64,000 nucleotides of DNA from Lacrimispora sp. (GTDB taxonomy: Bacteria; Bacillota; Clostridia; Lachnospirales; Lachnospiraceae). The DNA lies in NCBI RefSeq assembly GCF_031982545.1, contig NZ_DALYXB010000003.1:240334-304333 (forward strand), in the 5' to 3' direction. The notes beneath the pieces are model-generated. The model did not search any database and had not been told where the DNA came from. It saw nothing but the letters and a program-made list of their open reading frames with translations. Of the stretch, positions 1 through 11,100 are shown one piece after another (positions within the stretch are counted from its first letter, which is position 1; every line of letters begins with the position of its first letter). The position numbers and the translations under genes were made by a program.

Positions 1-1092
1 GCCTTCCGGATCATTTAACAGGAAGTTGATCAGCATAGCTGCTTCCTTCGGATGCTTGGAGTTTCCAGCAACTGCAAATGCCATGGAGATCTTTGTAAAT
101 CCGCCGTTGTTGTCGCCCATCTTAATGAACTCACCAACTACGAATTCCTGACCAGGTTTGTTTACGCTGCCTTCCAGTGCTTTTTTGAACTTGGAAGCTG
201 AGGAATCCCACTCAAAGATACCAGCATACTTTCCATCAATCCATTTTGCATTCTTGTCAAGAGAGTCAGCCATATCTCCGCTGATGGTAGCAAGAGTCGG
301 AATTACATGTTTCTCTTCCAGTCCTGTGATAAAGTCCATACCATCTTTTACTTCTTCTTCTGTGTAGTTAACGGTACCGTCTTCTACCCAGTTTTTGCCA
401 TACTTGGATTCCAGATAGTAAACCATAAGGATCATACGGTCATATTCGCCAAGTGCCAGCGGATACATATCAGCATCTTTTGCCTTGAATGCTTCACCAG
501 CTTTGTATAAGGAATCAAGATCAGTAGGAAGTGCAACACCAACCTCATCAAATGCTGACTTGTTCCAGTAGAACAGACGGCCTGTTAAAGAAATCGGAAC
601 TGCCATTAATTTATTATCTACCTTGCAAAGATCAAGGCTTTCTGGTGTGAACTGTTTTAAATCAAGAACATCGGAGTAATCCTCCAGGTTTGCGAAAGAC
701 TTTCCGCCCTGGCTGTAGGATTCGATCCAGTTCCAGTTGATCTGCATAACATCAGCAGCATTGCCGCCTAAGATGTTTAAAGACTGTTTCTCTTCCCAGC
801 CGTTCCATGCACCGTATTCAGGAGTTACAGTGATGTTCGGATATTTTGCCATGAAAGCTTTGATTGCTTCCTCGGTTGCTGCATGTCTTGTGTCGCCGCC
901 CCACCATGAAAATTTCAGTTCTACTGGTTCTGTAGAAGTTGTAGCTCCAGCAGTTGTTGTTTCAGCTGCTGTAGTAGTTTCTGCAGGTGCAGCAGTGGTT
1001 GTTTCAGCAGTTTTGCCAGACCCGCATGCAGATAGAGACATTGCCATAACAGTCGCTAACCCCATTGCTGTCCACTGTTTGATTTTTCTCAT
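1..1092 (-). CDS. ABC transporter extracellular solute-binding lipoprotein (sugar/oligosaccharide type); C-terminus runs off the window start
   Basis: Absent from the ORF track because it is open to the window edge. Reverse translation from the ATG at 1092-1090 gives MRKIKQWTAMGLATVMAMSLSACGSGK (signal peptide plus lipobox LSAC). The reverse complement of nt 1-60 reads SKHPKEAAMLINFLLNDPEG, colinear with HPKEAAMLVNFLLNDPEG of the 4816-6189 binding protein, so the two are paralogues. Confidence 0.85.
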   Translation of the reverse strand, partial: MRKIKQWTAMGLATVMAMSLSACGSGKTAETTTAAPAETTTAAETTTAGATTSTEPVELKFSWWGGDTRHAATEEAIKAFMAKYPNITVTPEYGAWNGWEEKQSLNILGGNAADVMQINWNWIESYSQGGKSFANLEDYSDVLDLKQFTPESLDLCKVDNKLMAVPISLTGRLFYWNKSAFDEVGVALPTDLDSLYKAGEAFKAKDADMYPLALGEYDRMILMVYYLESKYGKNWVEDGTVNYTEEEVKDGMDFITGLEEKHVIPTLATISGDMADSLDKNAKWIDGKYAGIFEWDSSASKFKKALEGSVNKPGQEFVVGEFIKMGDNNGGFTKISMAFAVAGNSKHPKEAAMLINFLLNDPEG

Positions 1093-1187
1093 CTTTTTCT
1101 CTCTCCTTTTTCTCTCCCTCATAAATGAGTTCTTTAAAAGTTTCATGTAAATGTTTTCGCATTTTTTATATGGAAATATGTACTTTT

Positions 1188-1203
1188 GCGTAAGCGCTTA
1201 CAC
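1188..1203. promoter_or_regulatory. cre/LacI-family operator-like palindrome GCGTAAGCGCTTACAC
   Basis: The 12-bp perfect palindrome GTAAGCGCTTAC matches the optimal cre TGTAAGCGCTTACA at 13/14 positions. It lies about 95 nt upstream of the binding-protein start at 1092, in the divergent intergenic region shared with the AraC gene. Confidence 0.5.
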
Positions 1204-1327
1204 AACACTTTTTTATTATTATAACACCTATGTCCTTATAATTCATTTCAAATTCGGCACAAAACATTGCATATTTTGACATCCTATGATATTATTTTAG
1301 TAGTATTAGCCAAGGAGAATGCAAATA

Positions 1328-2194
1328 ATGAAAGTACTTACTTCATATTCGGAAGGAATTGACCGGTGTTTTGAAAGCCATTACTTTTCCATTGCACATC
1401 TGCACAAGGAAAGCAGTGTTTTAAGCATGCACAGCCACCGGTGTTGTGAGTTCTACTTTTCTATCAGCGGCGGACGTACCTTTTTAATTGAAGATAACAA
1501 TTACCGCATAGAGCCTGGCGATTTATTTATGATTAATCCCCGGGAAAAGCATCAGATTCTACAGATGGATTCGTCCATCCCCCATGAACGGTATGCTGTT
1601 TTTATTGATCCGGAATATTTAAAGGCTATTTCCACTGATTATACCGATTTAACCTACTGTTTCACCCACCGGCCGGATAACTTTTCCCACAGGATCCACT
1701 TAAGCCAGGGACAGCAGCGGCGGTTTACCTACTATTTTAATAAACTGGCAGTAGAGGATGGGTTCGGACACGATGTGGAAGAGCGTTCTGCTTTTGCGGA
1801 GTTTATGGTGTTTTTAACAAAATGTGCAGCAGATGCAGATCTGGGAGAACGGTCAGAAGAACAGAGACAGTATTTTAACAGCAAGGTGGCAGATATTATT
1901 ACCTATATCCACCATAACATTGATTCTTCCTTAAGCATTGGGGAGATTGCCGCCCATTTTTATTTAAGCACCTCGTACCTTTGCAGACTCTTTAAGAAAG
2001 GGACAGGCACTACCATCAACTCCTATATTACCACCAGAAGAATTGAACTGGCGCAGACGCTTTTAGCAGGCGGATATAGCGTCAATGAAGTATACAGCAT
2101 GTGCGGCTTTAATGATTATAGCAATTTCTTTAAAGCCTTTACAAAGAAAACAGGAATTTCACCGAAGAAATTCGCACAAAACAGCTTAAGTTAA
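1328..2194 (+). CDS. AraC family transcriptional regulator (N-terminal cupin sensor plus C-terminal AraC HTH)
   Basis: ORF 1319-2194. GGAGA at 1314-1318 is too close to the ATG at 1319, so the ATG at 1328 (9-nt spacing) is the more likely start. The C-terminus IGEIAAHFYLSTSYLCRLFKK...GFNDYSNFFKAFTKKTGISPKKF is a typical AraC double HTH. Confidence 0.85.
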   Translation: MKVLTSYSEGIDRCFESHYFSIAHLHKESSVLSMHSHRCCEFYFSISGGRTFLIEDNNYRIEPGDLFMINPREKHQILQMDSSIPHERYAVFIDPEYLKAISTDYTDLTYCFTHRPDNFSHRIHLSQGQQRRFTYYFNKLAVEDGFGHDVEERSAFAEFMVFLTKCAADADLGERSEEQRQYFNSKVADIITYIHHNIDSSLSIGEIAAHFYLSTSYLCRLFKKGTGTTINSYITTRRIELAQTLLAGGYSVNEVYSMCGFNDYSNFFKAFTKKTGISPKKFAQNSLS

Positions 2195-2232
2195 AAGGGA
2201 ATGAGGCGGCCTGCCTCATTCCCTTTTCTATT

Positions 2233-3393
2233 CTATGACTGATATTCCCATCCGCACCGCTTCATCTCTGTATAAGCAAGAAGGAATGGTCCTACACCCT
2301 TTGCATCATCTTTTACCACTGGCTCAGACATATAGTACTGGAAGGTTCCGTCTCTTCTGTCTTTTCCGCCCAGGCCTGCCACCAGACAGATTCCGCCTAA
2401 GCTCATATTTCCTTCTTCCATATGAAGATATGTTTTGCAGATCCCTTCAAATGCTTTTTTTCCGTATTCTGCATATGACTCAGGCAGATAACCAAGGCGC
2501 ACGCCTTTTAAGATTGCATAGGAAAAGATTGCACTTCCGCTGGTTTCCAGATAGTTTTTCTCCATTCCTCCCAGATTGACCAACTGATACCACATGCCAC
2601 TTGGGTCCTGATATTTTAACATGGCATCAATCAGGGATTGGAACGCTTCCTTCATCTGATGCAGTGCGTCCTGCTCCTTGTGATTGTCTTTATCCATGGT
2701 ATCAAGTAGCGCCATGGAGTACCAGCCCAGTGCTCTCAGCCAGAAATTCTGGGAAAGTCCTGTCACTTTATCACACCAGAACATCTCTCTGGAGGAATCA
2801 TAGGCATGATAGTAAAGCCCTGTCTCACTGTCCCGCATATGCTTTGTTACATTGGCAAACTGGCTGTAAATATCTTCACATTTTTTTCTGTCATTGAAGC
2901 GGGCCTCGTATTCCATATAAAATGGCTGACACATGTAAAGACCGTCCAGCCACACCTGGTTCGGATATATATTTTTATGCCAGAAATTCCCTTCTTTTGT
3001 TCTGGGCATTTTCTCAATCTGGCTGTAAACCAGATCAATAGCCTTTCTGTACTTTTCCTTTCCGGTCAGATCGTAAAGTTCAAACAGGGTTTTTCCTGCA
3101 TTTACATTATCAATGTTCAGCTCTTCTACATCATATCCCTCAATGGATCCGTCTTCCTTTACACGGTAATCAATAAACGTATCTGCAAATTCCAGATATT
3201 TCAAATCCTTTGTAATGGAATACATCTCCAGAATCGCCTTAATCATGCAACCGTCAATGTAATTCCAACCGGCTTTTTCTCCCTGAAGAATCTTCTCAAT
3301 GTTCCACACCGGACGATCCGGAGTACTTTTTTCCATCAGTTCATTGATATACGTTTCAATTACATCCATGTCACTTTTCCTCGCTTTGCTCAT
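2233..3393 (-). CDS. Glycoside hydrolase family 105, unsaturated rhamnogalacturonyl hydrolase (YteR/YesR-like)
   Basis: The blocks EGNFWHKNIYPNQVWLDGLYMCQPF, TGLYYHAYDSSREMFWCDKVTGLSQNFWLRALGWYSMAL and YQDPSGMWYQLVNLGG..NYLETSGSAIFSYAILKG are colinear with my recollection of B. subtilis YteR. The start ATG overlaps the lacI-type stop (ATGA at 3390-3393). Confidence 0.85.
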   Translation of the reverse strand: MSKARKSDMDVIETYINELMEKSTPDRPVWNIEKILQGEKAGWNYIDGCMIKAILEMYSITKDLKYLEFADTFIDYRVKEDGSIEGYDVEELNIDNVNAGKTLFELYDLTGKEKYRKAIDLVYSQIEKMPRTKEGNFWHKNIYPNQVWLDGLYMCQPFYMEYEARFNDRKKCEDIYSQFANVTKHMRDSETGLYYHAYDSSREMFWCDKVTGLSQNFWLRALGWYSMALLDTMDKDNHKEQDALHQMKEAFQSLIDAMLKYQDPSGMWYQLVNLGGMEKNYLETSGSAIFSYAILKGVRLGYLPESYAEYGKKAFEGICKTYLHMEEGNMSLGGICLVAGLGGKDRRDGTFQYYMSEPVVKDDAKGVGPFLLAYTEMKRCGWEYQS

Positions 3394-4403
3394 TTATCTG
3401 CTGTTCTATCAGATTCTATTTTTTTTACGCTGTCTCTTACAATCAGGCGGTTTTCCAGCCATACATCGGCTGGACGCACTCCTTCCTCCATACATGTAAG
3501 CAGCATCCTGCTTCCTTCCATGGCAATCTTTGCAGCGCTCCGCTCCACGGTTGTCAGTCTCATATCAGAATAACTGGAAAGATCCAAGTTGTCAAACCCT
3601 GTCAGTGAAATATCTTCCGGAACCTTTAATCCCCGTTCCGCTGTGGCACTTCTGGCTCCAAAAGCCATCTCATCATTAAAGCATAACAAAGCAGTTAAAT
3701 CTTTATGGGCATCAAGCAGTCTTCCTGCTGCAAGCCTTCCGCTGTTAAAGCGGTAATTCCCGTAATCCACCGGAAGCTGGTCCGCATCCAGTCCATGCTC
3801 CCTTACCGCCTTCTGCCATCCCTCATGCCTTAACATGGAAGCCTCTAAATAGGAGGTGCCTTCAATCACTCCTATTCTGCGGTGACCATTTTTTAAAAGA
3901 TAGTTCATCGCCTGTTCCATACCTCCCATTTCGTCTGTAACCACGGCAGGTATGTTAACGGGTACTCTCCTGCTGATGGCCACCATAGGAATATTCTTTT
4001 CCCAGGCCTCCTCCAGAAACTCCTGATCCCAGTCTCCCTGAGACATGATGAGCAGCCCGTCAAAATAAGAGGGATTTAAGGTCCCCGGCTGATGCATATC
4101 AATTCCCTTTACGACCACCTGATACTTACTCCCCAGTTCCTGATATACTCCAGTAAGAACATCGTGGAGCACGAAAGGTGATGTTGACTTGCTGATTGTT
4201 GAAAAGCAAAGACCAATCATACCTGATTTTGACTTTTTCAAGGTAACCGCTGCCTGGTTTGGCATATATCCCATTCTCTGTGCAATTTCAAGGATCTGCT
4301 CTTTTTTCTTTTGTTCCACCGCCCCCGTACCGTTTAACGCTCTTGAAACCATTGAGTAAGATACACCGGCACTTGTTGCAATATCTTTTATTGTTACAGC
4401 CAT
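3390..4403 (-). CDS. LacI family transcriptional regulator
   Basis: MAVTIKDIATSAGVSYSMVSRALNG is a LacI HTH, followed by a periplasmic-binding-protein-like sugar domain. The start is set at the ATG at 4403, preceded by GGAGGAG. The 32-codon upstream extension in the ORF track has no RBS. Confidence 0.9.
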   Translation of the reverse strand: MAVTIKDIATSAGVSYSMVSRALNGTGAVEQKKKEQILEIAQRMGYMPNQAAVTLKKSKSGMIGLCFSTISKSTSPFVLHDVLTGVYQELGSKYQVVVKGIDMHQPGTLNPSYFDGLLIMSQGDWDQEFLEEAWEKNIPMVAISRRVPVNIPAVVTDEMGGMEQAMNYLLKNGHRRIGVIEGTSYLEASMLRHEGWQKAVREHGLDADQLPVDYGNYRFNSGRLAAGRLLDAHKDLTALLCFNDEMAFGARSATAERGLKVPEDISLTGFDNLDLSSYSDMRLTTVERSAAKIAMEGSRMLLTCMEEGVRPADVWLENRLIVRDSVKKIESDRTADK

Positions 4404-4511
4404 ATATTCTCCTCCATGTACCTCAATAACCCCATATTTTAAATAATAGCATGCTTTCTCTTCCTTGTCACTGCTAAGATCGTTGGATATATAAGCCATT
4501 GATTCCTATAC

Positions 4512-4525
4512 TGCAAAGGTTTGCA
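4512..4525. promoter_or_regulatory. LacI-type operator-like half-palindrome TGCAAAGGTTTGCA
   Basis: The arms TGCAAA/TTTGCA surround a GG centre and fit the TGnAAnCGnTTnCA family pattern except at the centre. The site is about 110 nt upstream of the lacI-type start. Confidence 0.35.
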
Positions 4526-4730
4526 ATTTAACATTTTGCAATCATACATTTATACCATATATTTTATCAAAAATCCATATTCAATTGTTAATTTTTAATT
4601 ATTTTACTAGCTATTTCTTTTTAGGGTATAACTATATTTTTTATAATTGTGTATTATTCATAATTTCTATACAAGTTTTTTATTAATTATTAATCTTTTT
4701 TCTTTTTAAACTTATGATAAGATAATCTGG

Positions 4731-4748
4731 TGTGTAAGTGCTTACACA
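4731..4748. promoter_or_regulatory. cre/LacI-family operator-like palindrome TGTGTAAGTGCTTACACA
   Basis: Perfect 8-nt arms TGTGTAAG/CTTACACA surround a 2-nt centre. The core TGTAAGTGCTTACA matches the optimal cre at 13/14 positions. The site is about 70 nt upstream of the binding-protein ATG at 4816 and nearly identical to the site at 1188-1203. Confidence 0.5.
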
Positions 4749-4815
4749 TTTAATAACCGGTATTATGCCGTTTTTATCATTTTCCCAACGGGAGAAAAGA
4801 AAGAGAGGAAATTAT

Positions 4816-6189
4816 ATGAAAAAAAAGATTGCCAAAATTATGGCTGTCGCTTTGTCAGCTGCCATGGGGTTATCACTGACAGCGTGCGGCAGTGCACAAA
4901 AAAACAATGCCCCCTCTGATACCGCTTCTGTTTCAGAATCCAAATCAGAAGGTGCTGCCACAGAAAATGCATCAGGAGATCCGGTAAACATTCGTCTTTC
5001 CTGGTGGGGCGGCGATGCCAGACATGCTGCTACAGAAAAAGCTGTTGAAGCATTTATGGCAAAATATCCTAACATCAAAGTAGAAACGGAATATGGTGCA
5101 TGGACAGGCTGGGAAGAAAAGCAGTCTCTCTCAATTTTAAGCGGAGATTGCGCTGATGTGATCCAGGTGGGTTCCAACTGGGTGACTGATTACAGCAAAG
5201 GAGGAGAATCCTATCTTGATTTAAACCAGTATTCTGATGTCATTGATTTAACTCAGTTCCCTGAAGATAAATTAAAGGCAAATGAAGTAAATGGAAAACT
5301 GATGGCTATTCCTATTTCCCTAACCGGACGTCTGTTCTACTGGAACAAAACAACCTTCAACGAAATCGGATGTACCATTCCTACAGATGAAGCTTCCTTA
5401 CTGGCCGCCGGTGCGGCATTCAAGGCATATGACAATGACTTCTATCCTCTGGCTCTTGGAGAGTATGACCGCGCTATCTTTATGGTATACTATCTGGAAT
5501 CAAAGTATGGAAAGGACTGGATTGTGGACGGCAAATTAAACTATACAGAAGCTGAAATCAAAGAAGGCCTGGATTTCATGAACAAGCTGGAAAGTGAGCA
5601 TGTCATTCCATCCATAGCTACCATCAATGGTGATATGGCTGACTCCCTTGATAAGAATGCAAAATGGATCGATGGAAAATATGCAGGTCTTATGGAATGG
5701 GATTCCGGCGTTTCCAAGGTAAAAGCAGCTTTAGAAAGCAGTGTCAATAAACCTGGCCAGGAATTTGGAATTGGTGAATTCTTAAAATTCGGCAACTATC
5801 AGGGCGGTTCCACAAAGGTTTCCATGGACTTCGCAATCAAAGCGTCCACCCAGCATCCAAAGGAAGCAGCAATGTTAGTTAACTTCCTGTTAAACGATCC
5901 GGAAGGCGTTGAAATCTGCTCGACAGAGCGCGGTGTTCCATGCTCCGCTGCAGCAATTAAGGTGCTAAATGAAAGAAACATCGGTGATGAGATGACAAAA
6001 GAAGCCAATGCAAAGGTTCTTGACTATTGCAAATTTACACAGGATCCTCAGTTTGACAACAGCGAATTAAAAGCAAATCCAGACGGTTTATACTATAAGG
6101 TATTCGGCAAATTAAGCGCTAAGGAAATCACCTCCGAAGAAGGCGCGAAAACCTTGTTTGATGGGATTACTGAGGTTCTTGATAACTAA
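4816..6189 (+). CDS. ABC transporter extracellular solute-binding lipoprotein (sugar/oligosaccharide type)
   Basis: MKKKIAKIMAVALSAAMGLSLTACGS is a lipoprotein signal with lipobox LTAC. The family-1 SBP features are WWGGDARH and WNKTTF. The start is set at the ATG at 4816, not the track start at 4738. Confidence 0.9.
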   Translation: MKKKIAKIMAVALSAAMGLSLTACGSAQKNNAPSDTASVSESKSEGAATENASGDPVNIRLSWWGGDARHAATEKAVEAFMAKYPNIKVETEYGAWTGWEEKQSLSILSGDCADVIQVGSNWVTDYSKGGESYLDLNQYSDVIDLTQFPEDKLKANEVNGKLMAIPISLTGRLFYWNKTTFNEIGCTIPTDEASLLAAGAAFKAYDNDFYPLALGEYDRAIFMVYYLESKYGKDWIVDGKLNYTEAEIKEGLDFMNKLESEHVIPSIATINGDMADSLDKNAKWIDGKYAGLMEWDSGVSKVKAALESSVNKPGQEFGIGEFLKFGNYQGGSTKVSMDFAIKASTQHPKEAAMLVNFLLNDPEGVEICSTERGVPCSAAAIKVLNERNIGDEMTKEANAKVLDYCKFTQDPQFDNSELKANPDGLYYKVFGKLSAKEITSEEGAKTLFDGITEVLDN

Positions 6190-6218
6190 AGACACATAGA
6201 AATGGAGCGCAGCAGATT

Positions 6219-7055
6219 ATGAAACAGTTCACAGAACCGATCATCATTTCAGAAAAGCAGACTGGCAAAAAGAAGTTAACTGCAGATGCCCATTTAAACG
6301 CCTATCTCCTGGATCCTGTTTCCATCGCTTCACAACGCATTCGCCCGGCAGTAATTATCTGTCCGGGCGGCGGGTACGGACATTTATCCGACAGAGAGGG
6401 AGAACCGGTCGCCATGCAGTTTTTGTCCATGGGCTGCCATGCATTTGTTCTCCACTACACCCTTGCCCCGGATGAATTTCCTTATCCTCAGATGGAGCTT
6501 GCATATGCCGTCTCTTTGGTTCGTGCCCATGCATCTGACTGGCAGGTTGACCCGGACAAAATTATTGTCTGCGGCTTCTCAGCAGGAGGTCATCTTGCCT
6601 GCAGCTTAGGGGCATTCTGGAATCAGGAATTTTTATACAGCCCTTTGAATCTGACTCCGGAGAATATCCGACCGAACGGAATGATTCTGGGGTATCCTGT
6701 GATTACCTCCGGTTCCTTCTGCCATCCGGGTTCTTTCCTTAATTTATTAGGCTCGGCGGCTGGGGATGAAACCATACGGCGCCTGGTTTCTCTTGAGCAT
6801 CAGGTGGGTTCACACACGCCTAAAACCTTTTTATGGCATACTTCCACCGACGATGCAGTACCGGTAAAAAACAGTTACTTACTGGCAGATGCTTTGACGG
6901 ATCATGGGGTGAATTTGGAAATGCACATCTATCCCACTGGCTGTCACGGGCTGTCTCTGGCAACCAGTGAAGTCTCCGGTGATGACGGCCGATACATTGT
7001 GCCGCAGTGTGAAAGTTGGATCTCTCTGGTCAAAACATGGCTGGAATATTTTTAA
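6219..7055 (+). CDS. Alpha/beta-hydrolase esterase (Aes/acetyl-esterase-like, probable carbohydrate deacetylase)
   Basis: Oxyanion-type motif CPGGGYGH, nucleophile elbow GFSAGGHLA, and a late D...H pair (STDDAVP, GCHGL). The gene sits in the sugar locus. Confidence 0.75.
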   Translation: MKQFTEPIIISEKQTGKKKLTADAHLNAYLLDPVSIASQRIRPAVIICPGGGYGHLSDREGEPVAMQFLSMGCHAFVLHYTLAPDEFPYPQMELAYAVSLVRAHASDWQVDPDKIIVCGFSAGGHLACSLGAFWNQEFLYSPLNLTPENIRPNGMILGYPVITSGSFCHPGSFLNLLGSAAGDETIRRLVSLEHQVGSHTPKTFLWHTSTDDAVPVKNSYLLADALTDHGVNLEMHIYPTGCHGLSLATSEVSGDDGRYIVPQCESWISLVKTWLEYF

Positions 7056-7066
7056 ACAGTGAAAAA

Positions 7067-7115
7067 GGCGAGACAGCCGGAGTATTTCCCCAGCCGGCTG
7101 TCCCGCCTTTTCTTT
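7067..7115. terminator. Bidirectional rho-independent terminator between the esterase and pfkA genes
   Basis: GGCGAGACAGCCGG (7067-7080) pairs with CCGGCTGTCCCGCC (7094-7107) at 13/14 positions. It is flanked by an A-run upstream and a T-run downstream. Confidence 0.6.
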
Positions 7116-7131
7116 TGATTCCTGTATCCGA

Positions 7132-8148
<1,017 letters not shown>

Positions 8149-8171
8149 TTACATTTCATACACGTTGTATT

Positions 8172-11100
8172 CTAATTCATTTTGCCAATCTTTTCAAGTT
8201 TTTTTTCTACAAGTCTGACATTTATTTCACCAAGTTTTTTGGTTAAAATATCAAGAAGTCCATCAGAAGCATTCACATTCCAGTTGGCTGGGAGCACTTT
8301 CTTTGCCCGTTCACGCTCCAGATAGATGATTACGGAATCACTGCCTTCGGATTCCCGCAACAGCTCAAGTATCTCCCGCTCCAATTCCACATAGGTATCC
8401 TTGTCAGGGAATTTCAGCCACAGTTCTTTGGGAACTGCTGAAAATGGAATGACTCTCTCACAGATCAGCTTTCCAACCGGATCATCTCCAACGGAAGCTC
8501 TGCCCTGGATAAACACCTTGGAATCCTCCACAAACAGCTCTCTCTTGCTTTCATAATCCTTTGGAAATACAATGACCTCCACAGATCCCACCAGATCTTC
8601 CAGAGTCAGGAATGCCATCATCTTGTTGTTTCTGGTAGTTTTTACGTTTTTGCCTGTAATCATACCACCAATGGTTACGTAAGCACCGTCCTGAACGTTG
8701 GTTTTCTGAGTCTCCTCGTCCACAATAAAATCCACAGTTACTGCTGTAATGTGATTTCTCCAGGTCTCCTCATATGCTTCCAGCGGATGGCCGCTTACAT
8801 AAATGCCAAGGGTCTCCTTTTCAAATGCAAGAAGATCTTCCTTCCCAAACTCACCCACATCAGGAAATGTGATCTGGTAGTTGCTTTTCTCTTCCTCTCC
8901 TGCAAGATCAAACAGGGTAATCTGCCCTTCCATGGTATTCTTTCGTTCCTTGCTCCTCTGATCAAGAAGTTCCGGCGCGATTAAAAGCTTCTGCTTTCTG
9001 GTACCTGGAAGTGTGTCAAGAGCTCCTGACTTGATGAAATTCTCAAGAGTCCTCTTATTGACCTCTTTGTTGCTCATTCGGTCGATAAAGTCTTCCATAT
9101 CGTGATAAATTCCGTTTGTCATCCGCTCTGCCACAATCTGCTCCACCACGGATTTGCCAACGCTTTTAATGGCAGAAAGGCCATAGCGAATGGACTTGCC
9201 TGAAACGGAAAATCCGCTTTCTCCCTCATTGATATCCGGCGGAAGTATGGAAATCCCCATCTGCCTGCAGCTTAGGATATACTCTGAAACCTTAGACACG
9301 TTGTCCATAACAGAGGTTAAAAGTGCTGCCATAAACTCCTGGGGATAATAGTATTTTAAAAATGCAGTCTGATAGGATACGACTGCATAAGCAGCTGCAT
9401 GAGATTTATTAAATGCATATTTGGCAAAATCAATCATCTCATCATAGATCTGGTTGGCTGTCTTTTCATCCACTCCATTGGAAATACAGCCGGTTACCCC
9501 TTCTTCCGTATTGCCATATACGAAATTCTGGCGTTCCTTCTCCATAACATAAGTTTTCTTCTTTGACATGGCACGGCGCACCAGATCGCTTCGGCCCATG
9601 GTATATCCGGCAAGGTCGCGGACGATCTGCATAACCTGTTCCTGATATACGATACATCCATGGGTGGGACCCAATATGTGCTCCAGCTGAGGACAGTCAT
9701 AGGTGATGGAATTCCGGTCATTTTTACCCTTTAAATACTTGGGAATAAAATCCATGGGACCGGGGCGGTAAAGAGAAATTCCGGCAATAATATCTTCCAG
9801 ACTCTCTGGCTTTAACTCCTTCATGAAACTCTTCATGCCGGAACTTTCCAGCTGGAATACCCCATCGTCCTTTCCGGATCCGATGGAATCAAGCACAGCC
9901 TTGTCATTATAATCAATCTGGTCCATATCAAGGACAAGATCCCGGTTCTTCTTTATCGCTCCCACCGCGTTCTGAATCACCGTAAGGGTTCTAAGCCCCA
10001 GGAAGTCCATCTTTAAAAGTCCCAGCTCTTCCAGTGTGGTCATGGTAAACTGGGTGGTTATGGTTCCGTCCGCCGCTTTTGATAAAGGAACGTATTCATC
10101 CACCGAAGTTCGGCTGATTACCACTCCAGCCGCATGCATGGAGGTATGTCTGGGCAGTCCTTCCAGACGCATGGACATATCAATTAAGTATTTTACTTCG
10201 GGGTCATCGTTGTAGGCGCTGCGCAGGTCAGGGCTTTGTTTCAGCGCCTTTTCCAGTGTCATGCCAAGGTCACCCGGTATCATCTTGGCAATGGCGTCAC
10301 AGCGGGCGTAAGGCATATCCAGCACCCTTCCTACGTCTCTCACCACACCCTTTGCTGCCAGGGTACCGAAGGTAACGATCTGAACCACCTGATCCTTGCC
10401 GTACTTCTCCACTACATAGTCAATGACTTCCTGCCGCCGTTCAAAGCAGAAATCCACGTCAATATCAGGCATGGAGACTCGTTCCGGATTTAAGAAACGC
10501 TCAAAAAGAAGGTTATACCGAATGGGATCTATGTCCGTGATCCCAAGACAGTAGGAAACGATACTTCCAGCAGCAGATCCTCTTCCCGGACCAACCATGA
10601 TATCTTTGGATCTGGCATAATGAATGAAATCCCATACAATCAGGAAGTAGTCCACATATCCCATGGTATGAATGACATCCAGCTCATATGTGAGGCGATC
10701 CTTTAAAGTCCCGTCATCATCAGGATAATGGCGTAAAAAGCCCTCGGTACAGAGTTTATTTAAATAACTCCAGGAGTCAAACCCTTCCGGCACATCGTAC
10801 TTTGGAAGCTTGGTAACTCCGAACTCAATCTCAATATTACACCGCTCCGCAATCTTATGGGTATTCTCCACCGCCTGGGTTGCATAAGAGAAAAGCTTCT
10901 TCATCTCTTCTTCCGATTTGCAGTAATACTGGCCGCCCTCGTAGCGCATCCGGTTTTCGTCTGTCACCTTCTTACCGGTCTGAATGCACAGCAAAATATC
11001 GTGGGGTGTGGCATCCTCTGCATAGGTATAATGAATATCATTGGTAGCCACCAGTTCAATCCCGGTCTCCGCGCTCATACGCACCAGTTCATGATTCACA

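Noticed and set aside
737-1150. Plus-strand 137-aa ORF, and its twin on the minus strand at 4812-5177
   Set aside because: Both are antisense to the two paralogous binding-protein genes and resemble each other only because the sense genes are paralogues. The sense frames have lipoprotein signals and RBSs.
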